Shown one piece after another: positions 8,894 through 18,002 of a stretch of DNA of 64,000 nucleotides. A program made the position numbers and the translations under genes. The notes beneath the pieces are model-generated. The model did not search any database. It saw only the letters and a program-made list of their open reading frames with translations, and had not been told where the DNA came from. The DNA lies in assembly GCA_937973635.1 (NCBI GenBank), contig CALJJZ010000035.1:10812-74811 (forward strand), written 5' to 3'. The number at the start of each line of letters is the position of its first letter. The stretch's first letter is position 1. This stretch comes from an uncultured Bacillota bacterium. Its GTDB lineage: Bacteria; Bacillota; Dethiobacteria; DTU022; UBA8154.

Positions 8894-9472
8894 TTATTTA
8901 TATCCTTTCCCTCCCTGCGCTATCTTCTCCAGCTCCCTGGCTGCCATTTCTTTGCCTGCTAAAGTAAAAAACCATTTTTCCTTCATCCCGTTTAAATAAT
9001 GCCAGTATTCCCCGGCATCCACGTTGAAACGGGCCACATCGATGGCAAAACCCCTGGGCGAGAAGCGGAAAAGCTTGTCCGCGTCCTTTACTATCTTTTC
9101 TTCCAGGGTAAGGGGTTGCCAGCCCGAATCGTGGCTGCCGACGATGCGCAAAATCTCCTCCCGCACTGCCGCCTCCAGGGAAAGCTCCTGCAGGATCTTT
9201 GCGGCAATTTTTACCCCTTCAACTTCATGCACCCGGTTGATCCCGGGGTCGCTGCCGGGGCCAAAGGCTTTGAGGTGCAGCTCTTCCGGGACTGCGCTCC
9301 AGCCCACGTCATGGAGGATCACGGCAGGGAAAATGATCCCCCGGTCTCCCCCCAGTTTTTCCTGCAACTCCCGGGCAAAGGCCAAGGCTATCTCCGTATG
9401 TTCCCGGTTGAAACGTACCGTCAGGTAGGGAGCAGCCAGTTTAAAAAGCAGCGCGACGGTCCTTTCGTCCAT
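8894..9472 (-). CDS. HD-domain phosphohydrolase (start MDERTV at 9472 with an AGGAGA RBS; the longer ORF to 9565 is unlikely)
   Basis: HD signature AVILHDVGW, plus a later GSHDSGW motif. Confidence 0.6.
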   Translation of the reverse strand: MDERTVALLFKLAAPYLTVRFNREHTEIALAFARELQEKLGGDRGIIFPAVILHDVGWSAVPEELHLKAFGPGSDPGINRVHEVEGVKIAAKILQELSLEAAVREEILRIVGSHDSGWQPLTLEEKIVKDADKLFRFSPRGFAIDVARFNVDAGEYWHYLNGMKEKWFFTLAGKEMAARELEKIAQGGKGYK

Positions 9473-9521
9473 CTTTATCTCCTCTTTAGCCTTTATTTTT
9501 GTCTGCCTTTTGCCGCAGGTC

Positions 9522-10751
9522 TCAACGGGCCGCAGGGCCATCTCCCTGCCGGCTGGCCGCGGCAAATTCCCTTTCCCCGGCTACGGGCTGCCGGAGAAAA
9601 AGGGATAATACCACAACGGCGCTGCAGACAAGGCCCAGCAGCATAAAAACGCCCTGGAAGCTCCCCTGCCGGGCAAAGAGATAACCTGCAAGGAGAGGAA
9701 AGACACCGGCGCAGCCCAGGCCCGTGAAAAGCAGGCCGTAAAAAAGGCCGAAGTTTTTCTCCCCGAAGTAGGTGGCCACCGCCGCGGGGAAAAGGGTGTA
9801 GAGGCCTCCGTAGGCCAGGCCCAGGGCGGAGACGGCCACCCCCAGCTGTAAGGGCGAAGCAGCACGGAGCAGGAAAAGGAGGGCGAGAAGGGTCACGCAG
9901 AAATCCAAGGTCATGGCCCTGTTCCGCCCCAAGCGGTCGGAGGCCAGGCCGGCCACGATCCTGCCCGCCGCGTTGAAAAAAGCAAAGAGGGAGACCAGGA
10001 TATAGCCCCGCTCCAGGGCGGCCTCGACGCGGGAGATGGTGTCCAGGTGGGTGACAAAAGTTACGCCGATACCCGTGCCCACCCAGAACATGAACCAGAG
10101 CAGGTAAAACTGAGGATAACGGAAAATACTGTGCCAGGCAGTATCCCGGCCCCCTCCGCCTGAGGGGGAGAGGGAAAGGGGAGCGGAAGCAGCGGGGGGA
10201 TTTTTAACCATCCTGGCCAGGGGTGTAATCCCGGCCAGCAGCAAGGCGCCCAGGAGAAGAAAAGTGTTGCGCATGCCGTAACCCACAAGGAGGTGGATCA
10301 GGGGCGCCATAACGAAGGCGGAGATACCAGTCCCCAGGACCACGATGCCGGTAATCATGCCTTTTTTCTCCAGGGGAAACCATTTCATCGCCGCCGGGGT
10401 AACGGAAGCAAAACAAAAGGCCGCGCCAATGCCATAAAATATCCCCCACATCACCGTAACCCCTGCCGGCGTAAGGAGAAAAGCGCTGAGCAGCGTAGCT
10501 GCGGCCAGCAAACACCCGCCCGTCATCACCACAGGGCGCGGCCCCGCCTGGTCCTGCCAGCGCCCGGCCGGCACCATACAAAAAGCATAGCTGAACAGGA
10601 ATACGGTATAAGGGAGGGCAGCCTCAACGGGGCTCCACCCCAGCTCCCGGCTCAGGCCGGAGGCGATGATGCTCCAGGCGTAGATCAGGCCTATGAGGAA
10701 ATTAATGCCGGCCCCGGCCAGGCCCACTTTCCACCCTTCAGACAGCGGCAA
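9522..10751 (-). CDS. MFS transporter (oxalate/formate antiporter-like)
   Basis: 409 aa with about 12 predicted hydrophobic helices. It has the MFS N-terminal pattern and a central loop. Confidence 0.7.
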   Translation of the reverse strand: MPLSEGWKVGLAGAGINFLIGLIYAWSIIASGLSRELGWSPVEAALPYTVFLFSYAFCMVPAGRWQDQAGPRPVVMTGGCLLAAATLLSAFLLTPAGVTVMWGIFYGIGAAFCFASVTPAAMKWFPLEKKGMITGIVVLGTGISAFVMAPLIHLLVGYGMRNTFLLLGALLLAGITPLARMVKNPPAASAPLSLSPSGGGGRDTAWHSIFRYPQFYLLWFMFWVGTGIGVTFVTHLDTISRVEAALERGYILVSLFAFFNAAGRIVAGLASDRLGRNRAMTLDFCVTLLALLFLLRAASPLQLGVAVSALGLAYGGLYTLFPAAVATYFGEKNFGLFYGLLFTGLGCAGVFPLLAGYLFARQGSFQGVFMLLGLVCSAVVVLSLFLRQPVAGEREFAAASRQGDGPAAR

Positions 10752-10940
10752 AGGAAAAACTCCCTTTCTTTATTTTCTGTATTTCAGCAAGGGCTGAGAT
10801 TTCTTTTAAATTTTTAAATTCTATAAATCTAGGCTTATCTCCTCTGTCCCTTCTCCTCCTTTTCCTTTTCCCGACGGTGTTTTCTTTTCTTTGTCTTTAT
10901 GATAAGATTTGGAAGGACTTTCTCCACCAAGGGGGTAAAG

Positions 10941-11906
10941 ATGCAAGAAGGCCCTGTTTCCCGCGAAATTATCGTGGCACGGGATCTGGTTAAACACTAC
11001 AACGGCAGAGCAGTGGTGGACGGCATAAGTTTCCAAGTTTACCGGGGCGAATGTTTTGGCCTCCTGGGCCCCAACGGCGCAGGGAAGACCACGACGGTAA
11101 AGATGGTGTACGGCCTCTCCCCCATCAGCGCCGGGGAGTTAACCGTGCTGGGTCTGCATGCAGGCAGCCAGTCCAGGGAGATCCGTAAACACCTGGGCGT
11201 GGTCAGCCAGGACAACAACCTGGATCCCGACCTTACGGTTTGGGAGAATATGGAGATGTTTGCCCGTTATTACGGCCTGCGGCCGGCCCATATCGCAGCG
11301 CGCCTGCGGCAGCTCCTGGATCTCATGGATCTGAGCAGTGCCGCCCATGCCCGGGTAGAGACCCTCTCCGGCGGGATGAAAAGGCGCCTGGCCATTGCCC
11401 GCAGCCTGATCAACAACCCGCAGCTCCTTATCCTGGACGAACCCACCACTGGCCTCGACCCCCAGGCCCGCCACCTTCTCTGGCAGCAGCTGCGGGAGAT
11501 CAAGGAACAAAAGATTACCATCCTGCTCACCACCCATTACCTGGAAGAAGCTACCAAGCTCTGCGACCGCCTGGTGATTATGGACCGGGGGCGCATCCTG
11601 GAGGAGGGCGAGCCTTCGGCCCTGGTGGCAAAACATGTGGGCCCCCAGGTGCTGGAGCTGGGTTTAAAAGAAGACCCGCCCGCCTGGCAGGAGGCGCTTA
11701 CAGGCCGGTTTGCTCACCTTTTGAAAGGCTCCTGGCTCCTCGGCGATACTCTCTACTTGTATACGGACGGCGGCAACCGGCTGCTGCAGGAGCTGCAGGA
11801 ACTGGCGCCACCCTGCCACTACCACCTTTTGCGCGCCGCTACCCTGGAGGACGTTTTTCTCAAGCTCACAGGAAAGGAGCTTGCCCCCGCCGATGTCGAG
11901 GCATAA
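10941..11906 (+). CDS. ABC transporter ATP-binding protein (ABC-2/DrrA-like); start MQEG at 10941 after a GGGGGT RBS
   Basis: Walker A GPNGAGKTT, signature LSGGMKRRLAIARSL, Walker B LLILDEPTTGLD. Confidence 0.8.
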   Translation: MQEGPVSREIIVARDLVKHYNGRAVVDGISFQVYRGECFGLLGPNGAGKTTTVKMVYGLSPISAGELTVLGLHAGSQSREIRKHLGVVSQDNNLDPDLTVWENMEMFARYYGLRPAHIAARLRQLLDLMDLSSAAHARVETLSGGMKRRLAIARSLINNPQLLILDEPTTGLDPQARHLLWQQLREIKEQKITILLTTHYLEEATKLCDRLVIMDRGRILEEGEPSALVAKHVGPQVLELGLKEDPPAWQEALTGRFAHLLKGSWLLGDTLYLYTDGGNRLLQELQELAPPCHYHLLRAATLEDVFLKLTGKELAPADVEA

Positions 11907-12696
11907 AATTAAAAGCAGCCCTTTGCTCTTCCGGCCAGAGATTAGCTCCCGTTTTCTCGTGGTGCTGCAGCGCAACCTTCTTGTCTATACCAAGTACTGG
12001 CGCTCGAGTATGATGTTCAATTTCGTTGAACCCATGCTTTACCTGGCAGCCCTGGGCGTGGGGCTCGGCGCCTATATCCCCCGCATAGAAGGCATGAGCT
12101 ACCTGGAGTTTATCGCCCCGGGGCTTTTGGCCTCCTCCACCATGTGGGCCACCTCTTTTGAATGCACGTACGGCAGCTTTATCCGGCTGCAGGTGCAGAA
12201 ATCCTACCACGCCATTATCACCACCCCCGTCAGCCTGGACGAGGTGGTGCTGGGGGATATCGCCTTTGGCGCCTTCAAGAGCATCCTCTACGGCAGCGTC
12301 ATCCTGCTCGTGTTTCTCCTCCTCGGGCTCGTCAGCTCTCCCCTGGCCCTTTTTGTGCCCCTGGTTATGCTCCTCTCCGGCCTTGTCTTTGCCCAACTTT
12401 CCATGATCTGGACCAGCCTGGCCCCTAATTTTGAGATCTTCGCCTATTACTTCACCCTGCTGCTGACACCCATGTTCCTCTTTTCCGGCATTTTCTTCCC
12501 CGTGGAAACCCTGCCCCTTATGGCCCGCTATCTAGCCTGGCTGATGCCCCTTTTCCATACGGTACAGCTTTGCCGGGGCTTAGTCAGCGGTCAGTTGCCG
12601 GCCGGTTTTATCTTCAATCTGCTGGCTCTCCTGCTCTTTGTCCTGGTGCTGTTCCTGCCGCCCCTTTTGCTCATGCGGCGACGTCTTATCCAGTAG
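11881..12696 (+). CDS. ABC-2 family transporter permease
   Basis: 271 aa with six hydrophobic segments. It overlaps and follows the ATPase gene. Confidence 0.65.
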   Translation: MPPPMSRHKIKSSPLLFRPEISSRFLVVLQRNLLVYTKYWRSSMMFNFVEPMLYLAALGVGLGAYIPRIEGMSYLEFIAPGLLASSTMWATSFECTYGSFIRLQVQKSYHAIITTPVSLDEVVLGDIAFGAFKSILYGSVILLVFLLLGLVSSPLALFVPLVMLLSGLVFAQLSMIWTSLAPNFEIFAYYFTLLLTPMFLFSGIFFPVETLPLMARYLAWLMPLFHTVQLCRGLVSGQLPAGFIFNLLALLLFVLVLFLPPLLLMRRRLIQ

Positions 12697-13362
12697 GGAA
12701 AGGGGCTCCAGGCAGGCCGGGCTGTCGTACAGGGGGTTGTTGACCAGGGGAGAAACGGGGTAGAATGTCAGCTCCCCTGCCGCAGGGTAGAGCTGCAGCA
12801 GTTCCTGCAGCTCCGCTGCGCCCGTATTGCCGGCCAGCCAGGGGTCAACGGCTTCTTCCGGCAGGATGAGGGGCATGCGGTGGTGCAGTTCCGCCAGGCT
12901 CCCCCGGGCAGCGGTAGTAATGAGGGCAAAGGTCTCCTTCAAAACGCCCTCCCGCTCCCACCTTTCCCAGAGGGCAGCCAGGGAAAGGAGCCGGTTATCC
13001 CTGTCCCGGATATAATAAGGCTGCTTTTTGCCACCCACCTGCCGCCATTCATAATAACCGCTGGCCGGAATAAGGGCACGGCGCTGCCGCAGCGCCCGGC
13101 GGAAGTAAGGTTTGACCATTACCGTTTCCGCCCGGGCGTTAATCGGCCCGGCAGTAGTTTTTTTCTCCGGCACCCACGCAGGGATAAAGCCCCATTGCAG
13201 CCGCACCAGCTCCCGGCTGCCGCCCGGGCCCCGTTCCCGCACCGCCAGGGCATAACGGGAGGGAGCCAGGTTATAGCAGGGTTCCAGTTCCGGCAGGTTG
13301 TTTAGCCTGTACAGCAGATCCAGCACCCGGGGGTTGAGCACCTGGGCAAAACGGCCACACAT
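12580..13362 (-). CDS. SOS-response-associated peptidase (SRAP/YedK family, abasic-site processing)
   Basis: The N-terminal MCGRF has the catalytic Cys2. The SRAP core spans about 200 aa. A low-complexity C-terminal tail overlaps the 3' end of the convergent permease gene. Confidence 0.7.
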   Translation of the reverse strand: MCGRFAQVLNPRVLDLLYRLNNLPELEPCYNLAPSRYALAVRERGPGGSRELVRLQWGFIPAWVPEKKTTAGPINARAETVMVKPYFRRALRQRRALIPASGYYEWRQVGGKKQPYYIRDRDNRLLSLAALWERWEREGVLKETFALITTAARGSLAELHHRMPLILPEEAVDPWLAGNTGAAELQELLQLYPAAGELTFYPVSPLVNNPLYDSPACLEPLSLLDKTSPHEQKGRQEQHQDKEQESQQIEDKTGRQLTAD

Positions 13363-13380
13363 TGTTCACTCCCCCCGCCC

Positions 13381-14178
13381 TTAACGTCCCTTTACTTTTA
13401 CTTCCACGGCGCCCAGCAAAGCTCGCCCGTAAATATGGACTACAGGCCCGCCGGCGCTGCCTTCCTGGCGCGTCCCTGCGCTGGCAAAGATGCCGCCGTT
13501 GCTTCTGCCCATAAACTCCACGCCGCCTAGTATGGCCGTCCCTTCAGCGTAAACGGTGAGGTCCGGCGGGACAGTAATCTCCACCCCGCCCATAATGGCA
13601 TGGCAGTTAAGGTAATACTCCCCCTCAGCGATGACGGCCCGGCGCAGATCCAGCTCCACACCGCCCATGATGGCCCAGTAACTGCCGCTCTCCAGCGTCC
13701 AGGCGTCGTTGCTCCGCTCTACACTGCCCATAAATGCCAGGCTGCTGCGCCCCCGGGCCTGGGGCCCCCGCAAAAAACTCACTCCGAGTAAAATCAGTAC
13801 CACCGGCCAGAAAAGGCGCCAGAAAAAGCGCAGTTCAAAGTAATATAAATCCAGGTTGCGGCCCAGAAAAAGCAGGCCCAGGAGAATAAAAATCAAGGCG
13901 GAAAGATAGCCACCCCTCTCCCTGTTGTTGGTCAAAATATTAAACCCCAGCAGTAACAGGACCACCGGCCAGTACGTCCTGAGGATCTGAAAGACGTTGA
14001 CCTCCACCAGCTCGAAATTGCCCAGCAGGAAGATAACACCCAGGGCGATAATCACCAGACCCAGCCACCAGTTCCCGCGGTTTTGCTCCACAGCGCCCAC
14101 CCCTTTTTTAAATTTTGTTCCTCTCCCGATTCCGGCCCCGGGTAAAAACTTCCCCGGGGAAGCCCTCTTTTCCTGCAA
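13381..14178 (-). CDS. LiaF-like membrane protein (DUF2154 C-terminal beta-repeat domain)
   Basis: N-terminal transmembrane helices are followed by repeated IMGGVE / ILGGVE / LLGAVE motifs, as in the LiaF C-terminal domain. Confidence 0.55.
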   Translation of the reverse strand: MQEKRASPGKFLPGAGIGRGTKFKKGVGAVEQNRGNWWLGLVIIALGVIFLLGNFELVEVNVFQILRTYWPVVLLLLGFNILTNNRERGGYLSALIFILLGLLFLGRNLDLYYFELRFFWRLFWPVVLILLGVSFLRGPQARGRSSLAFMGSVERSNDAWTLESGSYWAIMGGVELDLRRAVIAEGEYYLNCHAIMGGVEITVPPDLTVYAEGTAILGGVEFMGRSNGGIFASAGTRQEGSAGGPVVHIYGRALLGAVEVKVKGR

Positions 14179-14301
14179 GCCCGCCCTCCGGAAGACTACA
14201 AAAAAACATGGAACATATCTTGGGCCCGCTTTAATTTAAAGACATTGACAAGGGAGTGCAGAATCCCGATAATGAATTATGCAGAAAGGAGAAATGTGAA
14301 A

Positions 14302-14718
14302 ATGAAAGCTTGGCGGGAGTACCTCTGGTTTGAAACAAAAAACAGGGTGGAGTTTATCAATATTACCCCCCGCGTAGAGGAGATCGTTCGGCGCAGCGGC
14401 ATCCAGGAGGGGTTGTGCCTGGTCAATGCCATGCATATTACGGCCAGCGTCTTTATTAACGACGACGAAAAGGGGCTGCATGCCGATTTTCAGCGCTGGC
14501 TGGAAAAGCTGGCCCCCCATGAGCCCGTTTCCCAGTACGCCCACAATACCTTTGAAGACAACGCTGACGGGCACCTCAAACGCCAGATCATGGGCCGGGA
14601 AGTGGTAGTGGCCGTGACAGAGGGGAAGCTGGATTTCGGCCCCTGGGAGCAGATTTTTTACGGGGAATTTGACGGACGGCGGCGCAAGCGCGTCCTAGTC
14701 AAGGTAATCGGAGCATAG
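14302..14718 (+). CDS. yjbQ: YjbQ/UPF0047 family protein (secondary thiamine-phosphate synthase-like)
   Basis: Start MKAWREY at 14302 after an AAGGAG RBS. It has the conserved YjbQ blocks [38 protein letters not shown]. Confidence 0.7.
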   Translation: MKAWREYLWFETKNRVEFINITPRVEEIVRRSGIQEGLCLVNAMHITASVFINDDEKGLHADFQRWLEKLAPHEPVSQYAHNTFEDNADGHLKRQIMGREVVVAVTEGKLDFGPWEQIFYGEFDGRRRKRVLVKVIGA

Positions 14719-14744
14719 GAAAGCTAAAAGCGGATTTAAGGGCA

Positions 14745-14777
14745 GCAGGCGGACATTTTGTCCGCCTGCCTGATTTT
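14745..14777. terminator. Bidirectional intrinsic terminator (GCAGGCGGAC-ATTTT-GTCCGCCTGC followed by CTGATTTTT)
   Basis: A perfect 10-bp stem at 14745-14769 with a T-run on the plus strand and AAAAT on the other side. It lies between the convergent yjbQ and oxidoreductase gamma genes. Confidence 0.6.
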
Positions 14778-14798
14778 TGCTTTAAAATATCACAGCAC

Positions 14799-15389
14799 TC
14801 AACCCTGCCAGGCATAACCGCAGCGTAAAGCCCTGAGCATCTGCGGCAGGGCCTTCTGTTTGCTGCCGCTGAAGATCTCCTCCATGGCCTCTTCCACCTT
14901 TCCCAGGCTCACCACGGCGCTGGCCCTGACCAGGGTCCCCAGCATCACCATATTGGCCATCTTGTGCTCCCCCACTTCCTGGTAGGCGATCTCACTGGCA
15001 GGTATACAGATGCTTTCAAGATCGTCCCTGGTAATCAGGGCGGGATCCACAAAGGAGGTGTTGATCAGCAGCAGGCCGCCTTTTTTGATCCTGCCCTGGT
15101 ACTTAAAGAGGGAGGGCTTGCTCATGGAAAAGACGCAGCACGGTTCTTCAGCAAAGGGAGAACCGATGCGCTCCGAGGAGATGACCACAGTGCAGTTTGC
15201 CGCCCCGCCGCGCATCTCCACGCCGTAGGCCGGCATCCAGGTAACCTGCTTCGCCTCCAACATAGCAGCATGGGCCAGCACTTCCCCGGCCAGCAGGATA
15301 CCCTGCCCGCCAAAGCCGGAAAAGATAAGGTCATAGTACTGCATTGGCCGTATCCTCCTCCTCCGGCGCCGCTGCGGAGGCAGGGGCAC
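14799..15389 (-). CDS. 2-oxoacid:ferredoxin oxidoreductase gamma subunit
   Basis: GFGGQGILLAG motif of the POR/KOR gamma family. Confidence 0.8.
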   Translation of the reverse strand: MPLPPQRRRRRRIRPMQYYDLIFSGFGGQGILLAGEVLAHAAMLEAKQVTWMPAYGVEMRGGAANCTVVISSERIGSPFAEEPCCVFSMSKPSLFKYQGRIKKGGLLLINTSFVDPALITRDDLESICIPASEIAYQEVGEHKMANMVMLGTLVRASAVVSLGKVEEAMEEIFSGSKQKALPQMLRALRCGYAWQG

Positions 15390-16143
15390 CAGTGTCTTTA
15401 TAGGTCCCTAAGGGGAAGGCCCGGAGCATATTTTTTTCAATATGTTCAACGGACTGGTAGGGCGTGAGGCGCCAGTTGGTGGGACAAGCGCTGATAAACT
15501 CCAGGAAAGAGAAGCCCCGTTTCTCCAGCTGCGTTTCAAAAGCCCGCTGCAGCGCCCGGCGCGCTTTTTTTACATGGGCCGGCGTATGCAGGGAAACGCG
15601 GGCGGCAAAAGCCACGCCCTCCAGGGGCGCCAGCAGCTCCGCCAGGTGCAAGGGGTAGCCGTCGTTGCGGCTGTCCCGCCCCGCCGGCGAAGTAGTGGTG
15701 CACTGCCCCAGCAGGGTGGTGGGCGCCATCTGGCCTCCCGTCATGCCATATACGGCGTTGTTGACAAAAATTACGGTGAAGTTCTCCCCCCGGTTGGCGG
15801 CATGGATTACTTCGGCCGTACCGATGGCACCAAGGTCGCCGTCGCCCTGGTAAGTAAAAACAAAATGATCCGGCTGGACCCGCTTGATGCCCGTGGCCAC
15901 AGCTGTGGCCCGGCCATGGGGGGCTTCGCAGACGTCAATGTCGATATAATCATAGAGAAATACGCCGCAGCCCACTCCCGGCACACCCACGGCCCTCTCC
16001 CGCAGGCCGTAATGGTCCAGCATCTCGCAAAGCAGGCGGTGCACAATGCCGTGATGGCAACCGGGACAGAAATGAAACCCCGTATCGAGCAACGTAGCCG
16101 GCCTAGCAAATATTTTCTGCAAAATGATCACCTGCTCTGACAA
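15331..16143 (-). CDS. 2-oxoacid:ferredoxin oxidoreductase beta subunit (TPP-binding)
   Basis: TPP-binding region GDGDLGAIG...N; conserved Cys cluster CPGCHHG. Confidence 0.8.
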   Translation of the reverse strand: MSEQVIILQKIFARPATLLDTGFHFCPGCHHGIVHRLLCEMLDHYGLRERAVGVPGVGCGVFLYDYIDIDVCEAPHGRATAVATGIKRVQPDHFVFTYQGDGDLGAIGTAEVIHAANRGENFTVIFVNNAVYGMTGGQMAPTTLLGQCTTTSPAGRDSRNDGYPLHLAELLAPLEGVAFAARVSLHTPAHVKKARRALQRAFETQLEKRGFSFLEFISACPTNWRLTPYQSVEHIEKNMLRAFPLGTYKDTGAPASAAAPEEEDTANAVL

Positions 16144-17182
16144 ATTTTTCTATTTCCTCAAAAATCTCTTTCGGCGCGGGGATGGCGCCGCCGGGACGGG
16201 CAAGGAGGCGGCAAAGGGTGCCGGGATGGACGGCAAGGCGCACATCTTCCCACATCTGCCCCGTGTTCATCTCCACGGTAAGGACTTTACCCACGCGGCG
16301 CGAAGCCTCCCTGATCTCCCGGGAGGGGAAAGGGAAAAGGGTAATGGGCCGGATATGGCCCACCCTGTAGCCCCTGGAGCGGGCCAAGGCCACGGCCGAG
16401 TTGACCATGCGCGAGCAGGAACCAAAGGAAACGAGCAGCAGGTCCATCTGCTCTTCCAGATCCTCTTCTACCATTACCTCCGCTTCCTGCAGGCGCTGGT
16501 ATTTCGCGTACATTTTCCAGTTGTGCTTCTCCATCTCCCCGTCCGCCAGGTAGAGGGACTTGATCAGCTGGGCTTTCCGCCCCCGCGCCCCTGTAAGGGC
16601 CCAGGGCTTGGGCGGGATCTCCACCAGGGGCGGCTCGAGGTTCACGGGCTCCATCATCTGTCCCAGGATGGCATCGGCCAGGATCATGGCAGGATTGCGG
16701 TACTGGTCCGCCAGGTGCAGGGCCCTGATCGCCAGGTCATGCATCTCCTGCACAGAGTTGGGGGCCAGCACAATGAGGCGGTAATCGCCGTGCCCGCCGC
16801 CCCGGGTGGCCTGCCAGTAGTCCCCCTGGCAGGCGGCGATACCTCCCAGGCCGGGCCCCAGGCGCGTAATGTTAACCACCAGGCCCGGCAGCTCGGAACC
16901 GGCCATATAGGAAAGCCCTTCCTGCATGAGGGAGATGCCGGGACCGGAGGAGGAGGTCATGGCCCGGGCCCCTGCGGCCGCCGCGCCCAGCATCATGTTA
17001 ATAGAAGCTATTTCGCTCTCCGCCTGGAGGAAAACGCCCCCTACTTCAGGCAAGCGGCTGGAAAGGTGTTCGGAGATCTCGTTCTGCGGCGTAATGGGAT
17101 AACCGAAATAATAGCGGCACCCCGCCGTAATCGCTCCCTCGGCCAGGGCGATACTGCCCCGCATCATTCTGCGTTTTGCCAT
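16103..17182 (-). CDS. 2-oxoacid:ferredoxin oxidoreductase alpha subunit
   Basis: 359 aa POR/KOR alpha-like (GYPITPQNE...). Confidence 0.8.
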   Translation of the reverse strand: MAKRRMMRGSIALAEGAITAGCRYYFGYPITPQNEISEHLSSRLPEVGGVFLQAESEIASINMMLGAAAAGARAMTSSSGPGISLMQEGLSYMAGSELPGLVVNITRLGPGLGGIAACQGDYWQATRGGGHGDYRLIVLAPNSVQEMHDLAIRALHLADQYRNPAMILADAILGQMMEPVNLEPPLVEIPPKPWALTGARGRKAQLIKSLYLADGEMEKHNWKMYAKYQRLQEAEVMVEEDLEEQMDLLLVSFGSCSRMVNSAVALARSRGYRVGHIRPITLFPFPSREIREASRRVGKVLTVEMNTGQMWEDVRLAVHPGTLCRLLARPGGAIPAPKEIFEEIEKFVRAGDHFAENIC

Positions 17183-17418
17183 TTTAAAGCCACCTTTCCC
17201 CGTTCCCGGAAAACTTCAATGAGCACCTCCGGGCAGATTTCTGCGCAGAGGGCGCAGCCTGTGCACGCCTCGCCGTTGCTAAAAACAGCGGGGTTATAAC
17301 CGAGGTTGTTGATCCTCTCCGGGTCAATGCGGATCAGCTCCCGTTTACAGGCAAGGACACAATAAGCGCAGCCCTTGCACCTTTCTTCCCGGATCGTAAT
17401 TTTATTCATGGGCAACAT
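17164..17418 (-). CDS. 2-oxoacid:ferredoxin oxidoreductase delta subunit (2x[4Fe-4S] ferredoxin); real start MLPMNK at 17418
   Basis: Two CxxCxxCxxxCP motifs (CKGCAYCVLAC, CTGCALCAEICP). The 174-aa ORF in the track has a non-coding-looking N-terminal extension. Confidence 0.75.
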   Translation of the reverse strand: MLPMNKITIREERCKGCAYCVLACKRELIRIDPERINNLGYNPAVFSNGEACTGCALCAEICPEVLIEVFRERGKVALKWQNAE

Positions 17419-17449
17419 CTCCTGCAAAAATTTTAACCACTTTCCCCTC

Positions 17450-17797
17450 TTACTTTTCTCCTTCCTCCGGAACGATGCAGATGAGGGCAAAGGTTTCTTT
17501 GCCTTTATTCTTAAACTGGTGCTCTGCGTCCCCGGGGACAAAGGCATAAGCACCCGCTTCCAGCTCATATTCCCTGTCCTCCAGGTAAAGGGCCCCTTTG
17601 CCGCGGAGCACAAAGTTGATATGGGGCCAGACATGGCGGTGGCGGGGCGTATAACCTTCTTCCCCCAGCTCAAAAAGGCGCAGCACATAGCCCTGCCAGC
17701 CCTCCCGGGGAGAGAGCAGGACCTTCTTGGCTACGTTTTTTAACCCTTCCCCTTGCAGTTCCACGGCCGGGACATCTTTTTCGTTTCCTACGATCAC
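17450..17797 (-). CDS. Cupin-domain protein
   Basis: 115 aa; the cupin two-His motifs are GYTPRHRHVWPHINFVL and PGDAEHQF. Confidence 0.5.
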   Translation of the reverse strand: MIVGNEKDVPAVELQGEGLKNVAKKVLLSPREGWQGYVLRLFELGEEGYTPRHRHVWPHINFVLRGKGALYLEDREYELEAGAYAFVPGDAEHQFKNKGKETFALICIVPEEGEK

Positions 17798-17916
17798 CCT
17801 TTATAAACCTCCCTTTTGCCGCTTTGCCCTTACATGCAGGTTTATTTATTTCTTCCTGCCGGCCTTTTTTCCTGCCACTGTCTGGAAAATATTTATGCTT
17901 TAAGGCCATAACTGTT

Positions 17917-17945
17917 GCAGCCGGCCGGGTAAGCCGGCCGGCTGC
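17917..17945. repeat. Perfect 12-bp GC-rich hairpin (GCAGCCGGCCGG-gtaag-CCGGCCGGCTGC)
   Basis: Seen directly in the 205-bp gap between the cupin gene and the fadB-like gene. No flanking U-tract on either strand. Confidence 0.5.
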
Positions 17946-18002
17946 GGAGCCATAACCAAAGCAGATAAACCATGGCAACGGGGAAAGATCCGCCGTTGAA
18001 GA

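Noticed and set aside
8999-9646. 215-aa plus-strand ORF
   Set aside because: Antisense to the HD-domain gene and the MFS gene end; no motifs.
17419-17688. Upstream 90-codon extension of the ferredoxin (delta) subunit ORF
   Set aside because: The extension (MCCAFLSWGKKVIRPATAMSG…) is non-protein-like and overlaps the cupin gene 3' end. The conserved delta subunit starts at MLPMNK (17418).
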